Position numbers and translations under genes: made by a program | Source: an uncultured virus (IMG/VR IMGVR_UViG_3300043803_001357) | Taxonomy: Duplodnaviria > Heunggongvirae > Uroviricota > Caudoviricetes | DNA: 20,000 bases | Reading direction: 5' to 3' (one strand) | IMG/VR virus record: IMGVR_UViG_3300043803_001357 | Span: 55,571 to 75,570 of that record | Notes under the pieces: generated by a model | The model's database searches: none | What the model was told of the DNA's origin: nothing | What the model saw: only the letters and a program-made list of their open reading frames with translations | Shown here: piece by piece, positions 1-9,536 of the stretch | How the letters are laid out: each line of letters starts with the position of its first letter | How positions within the stretch are numbered: position 1 is the stretch's first letter

Positions 1-3000
1 ACTCTGTCTAATCTAGACAAGATAGTTGATACCGAGAAAAGAATGGTTGATATAGCCAAACAGTTAGGACAGGCATATAAAACACAAAAAGATAAGCTTG
101 ATGAACAGTTAAAAGGAAAAAGTTTACAAGAAAAATTATCATCAAAATTTGTAAATTCTGAAAAAAAGTTAAATGAATTTGCACAGGCACGTATCAACAG
201 TTACATAAAAATAGAGAGTTTACAAAATGAATTATTGACAAACGCAGCTGAACTTCTAGTAGAGCAAAGTAAAGATCCTACCAGCGATACTGTTATAGCT
301 TTACAAGATTTAATTAATAAAAAATCAACCGAGTTGAATTTGGAAGAACATTTATTGAAAAACAGTGCTTCCAAGTTAGAATCGTTAAAACTACATAATT
401 TTTTACTAAAAGCAGCAAACGAGTTAATAGATTTATATAACAAAGCATTGGAGATGGGTGTAAAGTTGTTAAACAAGATGGGTGATTTGGCTTCGGGTTT
501 AGCAACTAAACTAAATATACCCACCACATTAGCTGGTACTTTTGAAAGAATATTAGACGTTTTTAATCAAATTGACACCGCTGCTACAAATGTTAGACAA
601 AAATTTGGACTATTACCAAGTCAGGGTGCAATTTTTGAAAAAAACATACGAGAAGCTTCTATTGAGTTAGCTGAGTTTGGTATAAACGCTGAACAACTTG
701 GCGGAACAATGAAACAAATAGGTTCAACTTTTACAAGTTTGCAATCTATGGAAAAAGGATTGGTTAAAGATGTTTCAATAATGTCTGCTCAATTTGGAGT
801 AGCTTCTGAAACAAGTGTTAAGTTTCTACAAACGTTAGGTGGCGTATCTGGAAAAAGTGCAATAGCCAAACAAAATATGTTGGGATTGGCAAAATTTGCT
901 GCAAATGCTTATGGAGTTGGGTTGGACGATGTAATGAACGATGTCGCAAATGCATCTGAAGAAGCTAGAATGTTTGCTGGTAAAAATGCAGATGAAATGG
1001 TTAGAGCTGCAGCTCAAGCTAGACAAATGGGTACTACTCTTGACAATATGGCAAAAACTGCAAAGGGTTTGCTTGACTTTGAAAGTAGTATTCAATCAGA
1101 ATTAAAAGCTAGTGCATTGATTGGTAAAAATATTAATTTTAATGAAGCTCGCAGATTGGCATTTCAAGGCGATATTATTGGGGCAAATAAATTAATATTG
1201 GATCAAGCTAAGAAAATTAAGTTCAATCAGTTAAATCCAATTGCACAAGACGCGTTTGCAAAAGCTGCTGGTAAGACTGTAAAAGAATTGCAAGAAATGT
1301 TAAATGCTGAAGAAAATCTGAAAGAAGCATTAAAATCAAAAGATCCATTGGTAAGAGCCGAAGCAGAGAAGAAAAAGCAAATGGCGGAAATGATGAAGAA
1401 CGATCCTATTGCTGCTAAAAAAGCTGCTCAAGCCGAATATGAAAAAGGGTTGATTCAAGAAAAAAATCAAACCAGAATGAAACAGTTGCAAAATGAAATT
1501 AATGCAATTTTTATGGAATTTATTGGGCCTATATTGGAAGAAATTGGACCAATATTTACACAGTTATTAAAATATATAAAAGATAACCGAGAAGAAATCA
1601 AAAAATTTGCACAAGAAGTGGGTAAACTATATATGATGTTTAAAAGTTTATCTATAGTATCAAATATATTGGGTGGGATAGGAAAAATGACAAGTGGATT
1701 TGGAAAATTAATTACTTATTCTTCACAATTTTTATCATCGGCGCTAAAAATATCAAGTATTTTTATTGGGTGGTCAACGAGTACATCGGGTATCATAAAC
1801 ACGATAGTAAATATTTCGTTAAAAATAGAAAAGATCGCAAGTGGACTAAAATCAGCATCAGATACATTAAAAGGATTTGGTACGGGATTTCAATCCATAT
1901 CTAATTTTATCGGAAAAGGATCTACACAATTAACAAAACTTTCAAATAGCGTTTTTAATATCGGAATGAATATTGAAAAAGTATTTACAAAATTTCCAGC
2001 AATTTCAAAAATTGGAAATATTATCTCAAACGTATTTAGTGGACTAGGTAGTTCGGTAAAAGGAATTGGAAGTTTTGTGGGTGGAATATTTGGCAAACTT
2101 GGTACTGGCATTGGGTTTTTTTCAAAACTCGCTCCGATTTTTGGAGCAGTAGCTAAATTTTTAGGACCAATAGGACTAGTTGTATCTGTGATTCAAGGTG
2201 GCATAGCGTTTTTTAAAGCATTTAATGAAACGACAGGTACCGTGAGTCAAAAAGCAGTAGCTGGATTAAAAGCTGTAGTTAATGCTTTGGTTGTAGAACC
2301 ATTAAAAATGGTTTGGGATTTTCTTAAAAAGATACCGTCGTTTTTAGCCGATATAGATTTTGCGGGAATATTTAAAGACGTAACCAACTTTTTATTAGAC
2401 GCACTAACGAGTTTGCCTGATAAAATAGAAGAGTTATTTAGTGGTGGCGGTGGGGGAATTGAATGGGGTAAAATTTTTGCAAATATTGGAAGATTAGCAA
2501 TTGAAATTATTGTATTTCACTTTGTTAAATTGCCTATAGCTATAGCTAAAACAGTGGGAAAATTAGGATTGTTAATTTTGAAAGCTTTTGGACTGAACGC
2601 AATCGCTGACGGTATTGCATCTGTAGCAGACACTTTATATACTATACTTAAATGGCCATTTGAATTGGTATATAATTGGGTAATGGATAAATTGGGTGGT
2701 AAATCTCCATCCGAAATCGGTTTAGCGATTGTTGATGGTATTAAATCTGTAGTAGATATGTTATTTGATGTACTTACATATCCATTTAAAAAAGCCGCTC
2801 AAATTATACCAGAGATTATAAATATTTTAAAAACAACATTTGTTGATGCTTTCAAATCCGTAATGGATGTGATGTTTGATTTGATTACATATCCATTTAA
2901 AAAAGGATTTGAACTAATAAAGTCTGCTGTATCTGAAGTTGGTACTTTTCTCAAAGACACATTCAGTGGAGCTTTTACTTTTATTATTGGTGCTCTTGAA

Positions 3001-3327
3001 AAAGTATGGGAAAAAATGAAAGGTATTGGTTCATTTATATCTGATACAATAGGAAAAACTTTTAGTTTTGTTGGTAGAATAGTCGGAACATCAGAAGAAA
3101 CTCCATCAAAAACTGCGACTGAATCAAAAACAAGTGTAAAAACTGATGATTTATTGATCAATACAATTGTAAATTCCAATAGAGTTTTAGCAGAAAAACT
3201 TGATAAATTGACTTCTATGATGGCATCTGGTCAAATTGCTGTGTATATTGATGGTCAACGTGCAAATCAATTATTAGCAACAAGTAACTCAAAATTTGGT
3301 TCATTTGGTCAAGCAACAACCAATTAA
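1..3327 (+). CDS. Tail tape measure protein (5'-truncated; frame is open from base 1)
   Basis: Frame 1 has no stop before ATG43 (TLSNLDKIVDTEKRM...), so the gene probably starts upstream of the window. It encodes >1100 aa of Ala/Lys/Leu-rich helical sequence with Gly/hydrophobic segments and periodic F/W repeats. It ends in the VYIDG motif typical of tape measure C-termini and lies directly upstream of baseplate-like genes. Confidence 0.85.
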   Translation, partial: TLSNLDKIVDTEKRMVDIAKQLGQAYKTQKDKLDEQLKGKSLQEKLSSKFVNSEKKLNEFAQARINSYIKIESLQNELLTNAAELLVEQSKDPTSDTVIALQDLINKKSTELNLEEHLLKNSASKLESLKLHNFLLKAANELIDLYNKALEMGVKLLNKMGDLASGLATKLNIPTTLAGTFERILDVFNQIDTAATNVRQKFGLLPSQGAIFEKNIREASIELAEFGINAEQLGGTMKQIGSTFTSLQSMEKGLVKDVSIMSAQFGVASETSVKFLQTLGGVSGKSAIAKQNMLGLAKFAANAYGVGLDDVMNDVANASEEARMFAGKNADEMVRAAAQARQMGTTLDNMAKTAKGLLDFESSIQSELKASALIGKNINFNEARRLAFQGDIIGANKLILDQAKKIKFNQLNPIAQDAFAKAAGKTVKELQEMLNAEENLKEALKSKDPLVRAEAEKKKQMAEMMKNDPIAAKKAAQAEYEKGLIQEKNQTRMKQLQNEINAIFMEFIGPILEEIGPIFTQLLKYIKDNREEIKKFAQEVGKLYMMFKSLSIVSNILGGIGKMTSGFGKLITYSSQFLSSALKISSIFIGWSTSTSGIINTIVNISLKIEKIASGLKSASDTLKGFGTGFQSISNFIGKGSTQLTKLSNSVFNIGMNIEKVFTKFPAISKIGNIISNVFSGLGSSVKGIGSFVGGIFGKLGTGIGFFSKLAPIFGAVAKFLGPIGLVVSVIQGGIAFFKAFNETTGTVSQKAVAGLKAVVNALVVEPLKMVWDFLKKIPSFLADIDFAGIFKDVTNFLLDALTSLPDKIEELFSGGGGGIEWGKIFANIGRLAIEIIVFHFVKLPIAIAKTVGKLGLLILKAFGLNAIADGIASVADTLYTILKWPFELVYNWVMDKLGGKSPSEIGLAIVDGIKSVVDMLFDVLTYPFKKAAQIIPEIINILKTTFVDAFKSVMDVMFDLITYPFKKGFELIKSAVSEVGTFLKDTFSGAFTFIIGALEKVWEKMKGIGSFISDTIGKTFSFVGRIVGTSEETPSKTATESKTSVKTDDLLINTIVNSNRVLAEKLDKLTSMMASGQIAVYIDGQRANQLLATSNSKFGSFGQATTN

Positions 3328-3332
3328 TCTGA

Positions 3333-3340
3333 TATTTATA
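3333..3340 (+). promoter_or_regulatory. TATTTATA motif, putative phage late promoter
   Basis: Sits in a 17-nt intergenic gap, 4 nt before ATG3345. The same motif with similar spacing precedes ATG10863 and ATG15784. Confidence 0.5.
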
Positions 3341-3344
3341 ATTA

Positions 3345-5957
3345 ATGGCAAATAGTAATACATATTCTAGCGCAATAGGTAATGATGGTGCGCAAGTTAC
3401 CACACTTTCTAATATACAAGGTGCGGGTTTATCTTTGCCGCCAAATGCCGAACAATATATAAATCTAAGAGCGCCTGGTAAATTAGAAACATTATTCAAT
3501 ACTAATAATAACAACGAAGTATTATATAGCAAGAATAAACCAACTGATTTATACGCAAGAGGATTAATTAGCAGCGAATTAGCACCTCCATTTTACGCAA
3601 ATCCAAATCAAGGTCAACGTCAGAAGATAAATGTTAGCAGATCGTTTCCTATACAATCCGCATTGAGAGACGGTACCAGAATCAGAAGATTTCTAGGATC
3701 TGGTAAAGGTGGTACTTTTTTAACAAAACAAATACTATTACAAGGATTTGCTCCATTTGACGAAACCAAGATTTATAATCCAGCAAGCCCTCTTTTGGCT
3801 GCGGTTAGATTATCAACATTTGGTGCTATAGAAAGACCCACCAGATTTATAGATAGTAGCAATATCGTCGGTGGTTTAATGGGTGCTGCCGGTATAGGTG
3901 GTATTACAAAAGCTATTGGTGGATTGTTTGGTGCAACTGAAGGCAATCCATCTCCGCCACGTAGTAGTGTGGCTAGTGCAGCTAGTGAGCCAAAGAGTGG
4001 ATTGGGTGGATTTTTCAATTTTACAGGATTACTTGGTGGTGGCGATAAAGCAGATCAAGTAATGCCTATTACAGGTCGAGATGGTGTTAAAGGATTACTA
4101 AGAGGTAATACAGCTACTGCTGGTTACAACAACAAACGATATAAGAGTTTGATGAGTAATTCTACAGGCAAAGGCGGATTCTTTAGTAATCTACTAAAAT
4201 CAGCTGGGTCATTTTTAAAGAATAATACGATTCTAGGTGGATTGTTGCCACCTACTCAACCAATAGCAGGATTAAATTACAGAGCTGACGAAGATACATA
4301 TGATCTGATGTTGAATACCAATAGATGGAGTAATTCTATTACACACGACAGAACAAGTGGTAAGAAGAGTGCTAATCTAAATGTTAATTTAAATCAGGGT
4401 AACAATTTGTTATATACAGGCACACAACCAAAATCAAAAGGTGGTTTTATTGGTGGGTTGTTAAAAGCAGTTGGATTACAACAAATAACAGGAGGCAACA
4501 GCAGTGGTACAAGTGGAATGAGATTTTTTGCCACTCCTCTGACAAACATAGTTTCTAAACGATTGAGACTATATGTTCAAAGCAATAAAAATTTAAGAAA
4601 CAACAGCTTTTTATCTGTTACATATTCAACTACACCTGGCGTTGGTAAATTAACAGATTCGTATACAATTAGTAATGTTGAAATTAGTTCTGTAGACGGC
4701 GCTAATACAAATAGATACGGTGATTTAGTTAAAATAGATGGTGATGTAGAATATAGTGATCAATTGTTAAATTATAAACAATATACCGATCCTAAATTAT
4801 CTGTAAACTATCAACGTACACTTTCAGATAAAACAGATAAAACTGTAGAATATATTCAAGATTTAAGCAGAATTTTAAAAACCAAAATTGCTGGAAACGA
4901 CAATTTAAAGTATGGTGTAGATCCTATATTTGGAAAAACACAACAGTATGCCACAGATGATGTTGGTTTTAATTATTTAGCGAAAGTAAAATCAGACAGA
5001 ACCAATACTGACGGATCTGATAGTGCAAATCAATACACCTATACTGGTCGAATCAGATATGAAAGAAAAGAAAAGTTTCCAACTCTATTGGGTAAAAAAG
5101 AAGGTAGAGACAGATTTATAAGACCCACCAACAATGTTGACTATGTTAACAGCTTGGGTGTATTAAATGCTGATGAATTTGCTGAAAAATATAATGATCA
5201 ATTTAACGGATTGGGTCCTGACTTGGTTAAGTTTTACTTCTATGATATAGTTAACAACAGATTTATACCGTTTAATGCTACTGTAAAAGGGTTACAAGAA
5301 AACAATACATCTACTTGGGAACCAATTGAATACTTGGGTAGACCTGACAAGTTATACTATTACAAAGGATTTACCAGAGACGTTAGTTTCAATTTTAAAG
5401 TGGTTGCACATTCTGTTAAAGAATTATTACCTATGTGGCAACGTGTAAACTATTTGGTGGGTTTAACCAGACCTTCTAATTATACTTCCACTGTAAATGG
5501 TGGATTTATGATACCACCGATGGTGCAATTTACACTTGGAGATTTTTACAAAAATCACTTTGTGGTTTTAAATTCGTGCAATGTTAGCATACCTGAAGAT
5601 GCATCTTGGGAATTAATTAACGAGAGTACTGTACAACAACAAGACTGGAGTTATAATTTAGGAAATATATTTACATTTGACAAAACCAGTATGAAAGGTA
5701 AAGTTGCGCAATTTCCAAGAGAAGCGGAAATTACTATCAATATGTCATTGATGGAAAAAGACAGACCAAAAACAGGAAGAGCTTTGTGGGGAAATGCTCC
5801 TGTTGCAACTATGACTCAGGCGGATGCTGGAGAAACTGCTACTGTATCTACATTTGGTACAACCGATCTTTATGGCGATAAAGATTATAATGATGTAGCT
5901 AATAATGATTTCTCTATGAATATGCGATATGATGTTGACAGACAAGGAAATAAATGA
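3345..5957 (+). CDS. Baseplate/tail-tube initiator-like protein (C-terminal tube-fold domain, P2 gpU / T4 gp48-gp54 class) with a long Gly-rich N-terminal extension
   Basis: 870-aa ORF. The C-terminal ~200 aa (from ~5220: IPFNATVKGLQENNTSTWEPIEYLGRPDKLYYYKGFTRDVSFNFKV...PPMVQFTLGDFY) resembles tube-initiator proteins. It lies between the tape measure and LysM genes. Confidence 0.6.
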   Translation: MANSNTYSSAIGNDGAQVTTLSNIQGAGLSLPPNAEQYINLRAPGKLETLFNTNNNNEVLYSKNKPTDLYARGLISSELAPPFYANPNQGQRQKINVSRSFPIQSALRDGTRIRRFLGSGKGGTFLTKQILLQGFAPFDETKIYNPASPLLAAVRLSTFGAIERPTRFIDSSNIVGGLMGAAGIGGITKAIGGLFGATEGNPSPPRSSVASAASEPKSGLGGFFNFTGLLGGGDKADQVMPITGRDGVKGLLRGNTATAGYNNKRYKSLMSNSTGKGGFFSNLLKSAGSFLKNNTILGGLLPPTQPIAGLNYRADEDTYDLMLNTNRWSNSITHDRTSGKKSANLNVNLNQGNNLLYTGTQPKSKGGFIGGLLKAVGLQQITGGNSSGTSGMRFFATPLTNIVSKRLRLYVQSNKNLRNNSFLSVTYSTTPGVGKLTDSYTISNVEISSVDGANTNRYGDLVKIDGDVEYSDQLLNYKQYTDPKLSVNYQRTLSDKTDKTVEYIQDLSRILKTKIAGNDNLKYGVDPIFGKTQQYATDDVGFNYLAKVKSDRTNTDGSDSANQYTYTGRIRYERKEKFPTLLGKKEGRDRFIRPTNNVDYVNSLGVLNADEFAEKYNDQFNGLGPDLVKFYFYDIVNNRFIPFNATVKGLQENNTSTWEPIEYLGRPDKLYYYKGFTRDVSFNFKVVAHSVKELLPMWQRVNYLVGLTRPSNYTSTVNGGFMIPPMVQFTLGDFYKNHFVVLNSCNVSIPEDASWELINESTVQQQDWSYNLGNIFTFDKTSMKGKVAQFPREAEITINMSLMEKDRPKTGRALWGNAPVATMTQADAGETATVSTFGTTDLYGDKDYNDVANNDFSMNMRYDVDRQGNK

Positions 5958-6247
5958 GATATCAATTTACGCCAACTGAAAAAAGATATGATGGGAAATT
6001 GGTATTTAAGACCACGTATTATCCCAATATACCGGAAACCGAGGACGATATATACATTACCGCATCCAATGAAGATTATTTGGATGCTTTAGCCAAAAAG
6101 TATTATGGTGATGAAATGTACTGGTGGATAATTGCTTTGGCTAACAACATATCTGATGGCAAATTGTCCGTTAATGCAAATAAACAATTAAGAATTCCAG
6201 GCAATTTACCAAATATATTACAGAATCTCAAACAGATTAATAGTTAA
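5954..6247 (+). CDS. LysM-domain baseplate protein (P2 gpX / T4 gp53-like)
   Basis: 97 aa containing DYLDALAKKYYGDEMYWWIIALANNI...QLRIP, the LysM/gpX pattern. ATGA overlap with the upstream gene. Confidence 0.8.
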   Translation: MRYQFTPTEKRYDGKLVFKTTYYPNIPETEDDIYITASNEDYLDALAKKYYGDEMYWWIIALANNISDGKLSVNANKQLRIPGNLPNILQNLKQINS

Positions 6248-6252
6248 GTTAT

Positions 6253-9117
6253 ATGGCATACGAGGATGAAATTGCAGAAGAACCTAGATGGTGGGAAGTA
6301 CAAAACATTCCTGTTGCATTAATTCGTGAATTAAGACGCAGAAAAAACTCAAATAACGTTGGTTTTAACTATCCAACCCCAGGTGACCCAAGTGGTGTTG
6401 TATATGATTTCTACAATAAACATGGTCAGTACAAAGGACCAATGACTCCGTGGGTACGAGTTTTTTCAAATGGCACTGGTATAGCTGGAAATGGATTGGT
6501 ACCTCGTAGTACGATACTAAATAAAAACGGAGAAGAAAAGAGTTATGATGGATTCTTGTTTATGCCTGGCAGTGGATTTTATGAAATGTATGGTTTTAAA
6601 CAAGATGGCAATGTATTAAAACAAGACAAGTCTGTTATTGGATATGAAGCTAATGGAAATCCACATTATATAGATTCTAGATATAGAAATCAATTTTCTT
6701 ACAAGTGGCCAAGTACATTTAACAAAAACGGCAAGATTATAGAAAGCGTACAGAAATCTGAAGTGTCTTCTGTGTTACCACCACCTAATTTAGATAGCAT
6801 AGAAATAAAAACTAGCAAAGATATGTTGTCGTTTGCTACCATAAAATTCAAATGTTATGGATTGGCTCAGTTGGAATATCTAGCACCATTCTTTTTGACA
6901 CCCAGAATAAATGTGTTTGTTGAAATAGGATGGAATTTGTTTAATATCAATTCACTGATTGATTTATCCAGCAAAAATGAATGTTGGTCAATAATACAAT
7001 CTCCACAAAAAATAATGGATAAATGGTACCAATCGTATGGTAATTATGGTGGTATTACTGGAATTGTAACCAAGTATAATTTTTCAACACAAGACGGTAC
7101 TATATATGATTGCAATGTGGAACTAACTTCTCGACAAGCATTATTTGCTGGTATGCCTGCGGAAAACAATGTAAGTACCACAACAAATTCAAAGACCGAT
7201 TCCAATGGCAAAAAAATACCAACAGAAACAAAAGAATATACAGGATTAAAAACGTTTTTGAAAACCGCTTTACCCAAGTTAAAGCAAGTTGTTATTGATC
7301 GTAAAAATTTTATGGAATATATTGCTACAAACGGTATATCCAATTCGGAAGATTATGACAATTCTAAAACACAAGAGTTTTTAAAACAACAAACTTTTTA
7401 TGATGGAAAAATTGAAAACAGAATTTTTATAGGAAGAACAGATGCGCCTAATGTATATAAAAAACCAGCTGTACCAGTTGGAGAAGAAAATATATCATAT
7501 AAATCAACTAATATTGGTGGAGTAAATTACAAAGCTGTATCATATAAAGATGATCGTTGTGATTTTGATACCAAAGGCGACGATGAAGTGTGGATGCAAT
7601 TGGATTTTCTTTTTGAAGTTGCTAACAAATTCTGTTCCGTCGTATCAAATAAAACATTTACTATTAATGTAGATAAGATAATAAATGCACATCCAAATTT
7701 AATAAGTTGTGACCCACACGTATTAATACCAAATGGAATTGCTCCTAAATTTAATATTGGCAAAAAACTTCCAGATGAAAGTTACTTAAATACTATAAAA
7801 AATAATAAATTGGATCCAACTGCACAAAGTCGAGTTGAAAATGAAATCAAGTCTGGTGGATATTTGAAAAATGGTGATCCAAATCAAAATGCGTTTTTAA
7901 AATCAAAATATGATGTCGAGGTAACTAATGTAAACGACGAACTTTATAGAGCTGCTAAAAAAGTCGAAACTGTATTTAAAACAGCGGGTGCTTATAGAGA
8001 TAATTTAGATACTGTTATCAATAGATTGTACTATGATATTGGTGGTATAAGTGAAAATAGTCCAAGTGACAATATATCATTTCCGTTTATTTATGACAAA
8101 GAAGTTGTATTGACAGGTGAAGAACTTGTATTATCCGATCCTCAAAAAACAAGATCGCAGTCAATTAAAAGAACATACAAGAAGTTTAGATATGGTAATT
8201 TAAAAAACATATACATAAGCAAAACCAAAGTCTTGGAAATTGTAGAAAATAAAGAAGTCCAAACTTGGCAACAGTTTGCAAACGCAATATTGAATGTTAT
8301 TAATGAAGCTTCTAATGGATTTTGGAAATTCCAAATATCACAAGATGATTTGGGCGGATTATCTATATTGGATAACAATTATATTGATTTAGGTGACAAA
8401 TCGCCTAGTCTAAAAAAAGTATATGTCTTTGATGCTGGTGGCACTGATTCCTGTATAAAAAACATTAGTTTAGATACTTCTTTGACGAGCGAACAAGCTA
8501 CGTTGACATTATTTCAAGCGGGCATCAACAAACCAGATTCTTCTGACACATCGATGAGTGCTAAGAATTCAAGTGTGCCTGCTACCAGTTTTATAGATAG
8601 ATTGGATGTTTTCAATGAAGAAGAAACAGGCACTGGTGAAAGTAATACAGTGCCTTCGCAAGAAGAAATTACAGTAGACCAAAACCCATTAATATCTGCA
8701 ATACAAACGCACGGAACAATAGACAAGGTATTAACATTAACAAGTGCTTATATTGTAGATGGTGAAAACCCAAATGATGCCGCTAAGAATTACAAGCAGT
8801 TGAATTTATCTACCGATTTAAAAGACAAGTTGGGACAAATAATAGACGATCAAGATATAGAAAACAATTTATCTTTATATAGTGGAATCTCTCCTAACTT
8901 TTCGTTGACAGTAACATTTGATGGTATATTTGGATTTAGAATGTTTCAACACTTTGGCATTTCAAATTTTCCAAAACCTTATATTCCTGAGAACGTGATA
9001 TTTATGATAACAGATGTTACACATTATGTTACAGCTGGCAATGGCAAATGGGAAACTGTTGTTGGATGTTTGGCAAGATGTGTAGCAGATCAAAACATTG
9101 AACTAATACCTGTATGA
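6253..9117 (+). CDS. Large virion structural protein, probable baseplate hub (P2 gpD / T4 gp27 position)
   Basis: 954-aa ORF following the tape measure, U-like and X-like genes. The C-terminus (LTVTFDGIFGFRMFQHFGISNFPKPY...FMITDVTHYVTAGNGKWETVV) resembles hub beta-barrel ends. The call rests mostly on synteny. Confidence 0.5.
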   Translation: MAYEDEIAEEPRWWEVQNIPVALIRELRRRKNSNNVGFNYPTPGDPSGVVYDFYNKHGQYKGPMTPWVRVFSNGTGIAGNGLVPRSTILNKNGEEKSYDGFLFMPGSGFYEMYGFKQDGNVLKQDKSVIGYEANGNPHYIDSRYRNQFSYKWPSTFNKNGKIIESVQKSEVSSVLPPPNLDSIEIKTSKDMLSFATIKFKCYGLAQLEYLAPFFLTPRINVFVEIGWNLFNINSLIDLSSKNECWSIIQSPQKIMDKWYQSYGNYGGITGIVTKYNFSTQDGTIYDCNVELTSRQALFAGMPAENNVSTTTNSKTDSNGKKIPTETKEYTGLKTFLKTALPKLKQVVIDRKNFMEYIATNGISNSEDYDNSKTQEFLKQQTFYDGKIENRIFIGRTDAPNVYKKPAVPVGEENISYKSTNIGGVNYKAVSYKDDRCDFDTKGDDEVWMQLDFLFEVANKFCSVVSNKTFTINVDKIINAHPNLISCDPHVLIPNGIAPKFNIGKKLPDESYLNTIKNNKLDPTAQSRVENEIKSGGYLKNGDPNQNAFLKSKYDVEVTNVNDELYRAAKKVETVFKTAGAYRDNLDTVINRLYYDIGGISENSPSDNISFPFIYDKEVVLTGEELVLSDPQKTRSQSIKRTYKKFRYGNLKNIYISKTKVLEIVENKEVQTWQQFANAILNVINEASNGFWKFQISQDDLGGLSILDNNYIDLGDKSPSLKKVYVFDAGGTDSCIKNISLDTSLTSEQATLTLFQAGINKPDSSDTSMSAKNSSVPATSFIDRLDVFNEEETGTGESNTVPSQEEITVDQNPLISAIQTHGTIDKVLTLTSAYIVDGENPNDAAKNYKQLNLSTDLKDKLGQIIDDQDIENNLSLYSGISPNFSLTVTFDGIFGFRMFQHFGISNFPKPYIPENVIFMITDVTHYVTAGNGKWETVVGCLARCVADQNIELIPV

Positions 9118-9497
9118 TTATAAAAGATGTTGATGTTGCAACCAAAACAAAATTAAATCTGGGTAATTTTAACATTAATTTACCAAATACGTTTTTGCCA
9201 AAACCACAAGAAAAAGATTACAAGGTGGGTTATATAGAAAGATATCTAGTTTCCAAGATCAACTACTCGGAAATAACAGAAGTATCAGGCGACGTTTACA
9301 ACAAAATAGACTCAAACTTTTTCAGAAAAGCCAAATTGAAATGGAAAATAACAGGTCCGTTAAACAGTAAGTATGATGGTAAGATGCTACTGGAACAAGG
9401 AGTAATTGAGTACAACAAGAAGCAAGTGGAACAAATAAATACAGTGATTAACGGAACCAACGAAGTTCTAACCAATCTTACTCAGTTCTACAAATAA
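9114..9497 (+). CDS. Hypothetical phage protein (end of the baseplate module)
   Basis: 127-aa ORF, ATGA-coupled to the upstream gene. No recognised motif. Confidence 0.75.
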   Translation: MIIKDVDVATKTKLNLGNFNINLPNTFLPKPQEKDYKVGYIERYLVSKINYSEITEVSGDVYNKIDSNFFRKAKLKWKITGPLNSKYDGKMLLEQGVIEYNKKQVEQINTVINGTNEVLTNLTQFYK

Positions 9498-9502
9498 ATC
9501 AA

Positions 9503-9530
9503 TTGACATTTGGTGTAAACAGTATACACT
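9503..9530 (+). promoter_or_regulatory. Sigma70-like promoter upstream of the polymerase gene
   Basis: TTGACA (9503-9508), 16-nt spacer, TACACT (9525-9530), ending 6 nt before GTG9537 at the boundary between the structural and replication modules. Confidence 0.6.
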
Positions 9531-9536
9531 AAAGAT

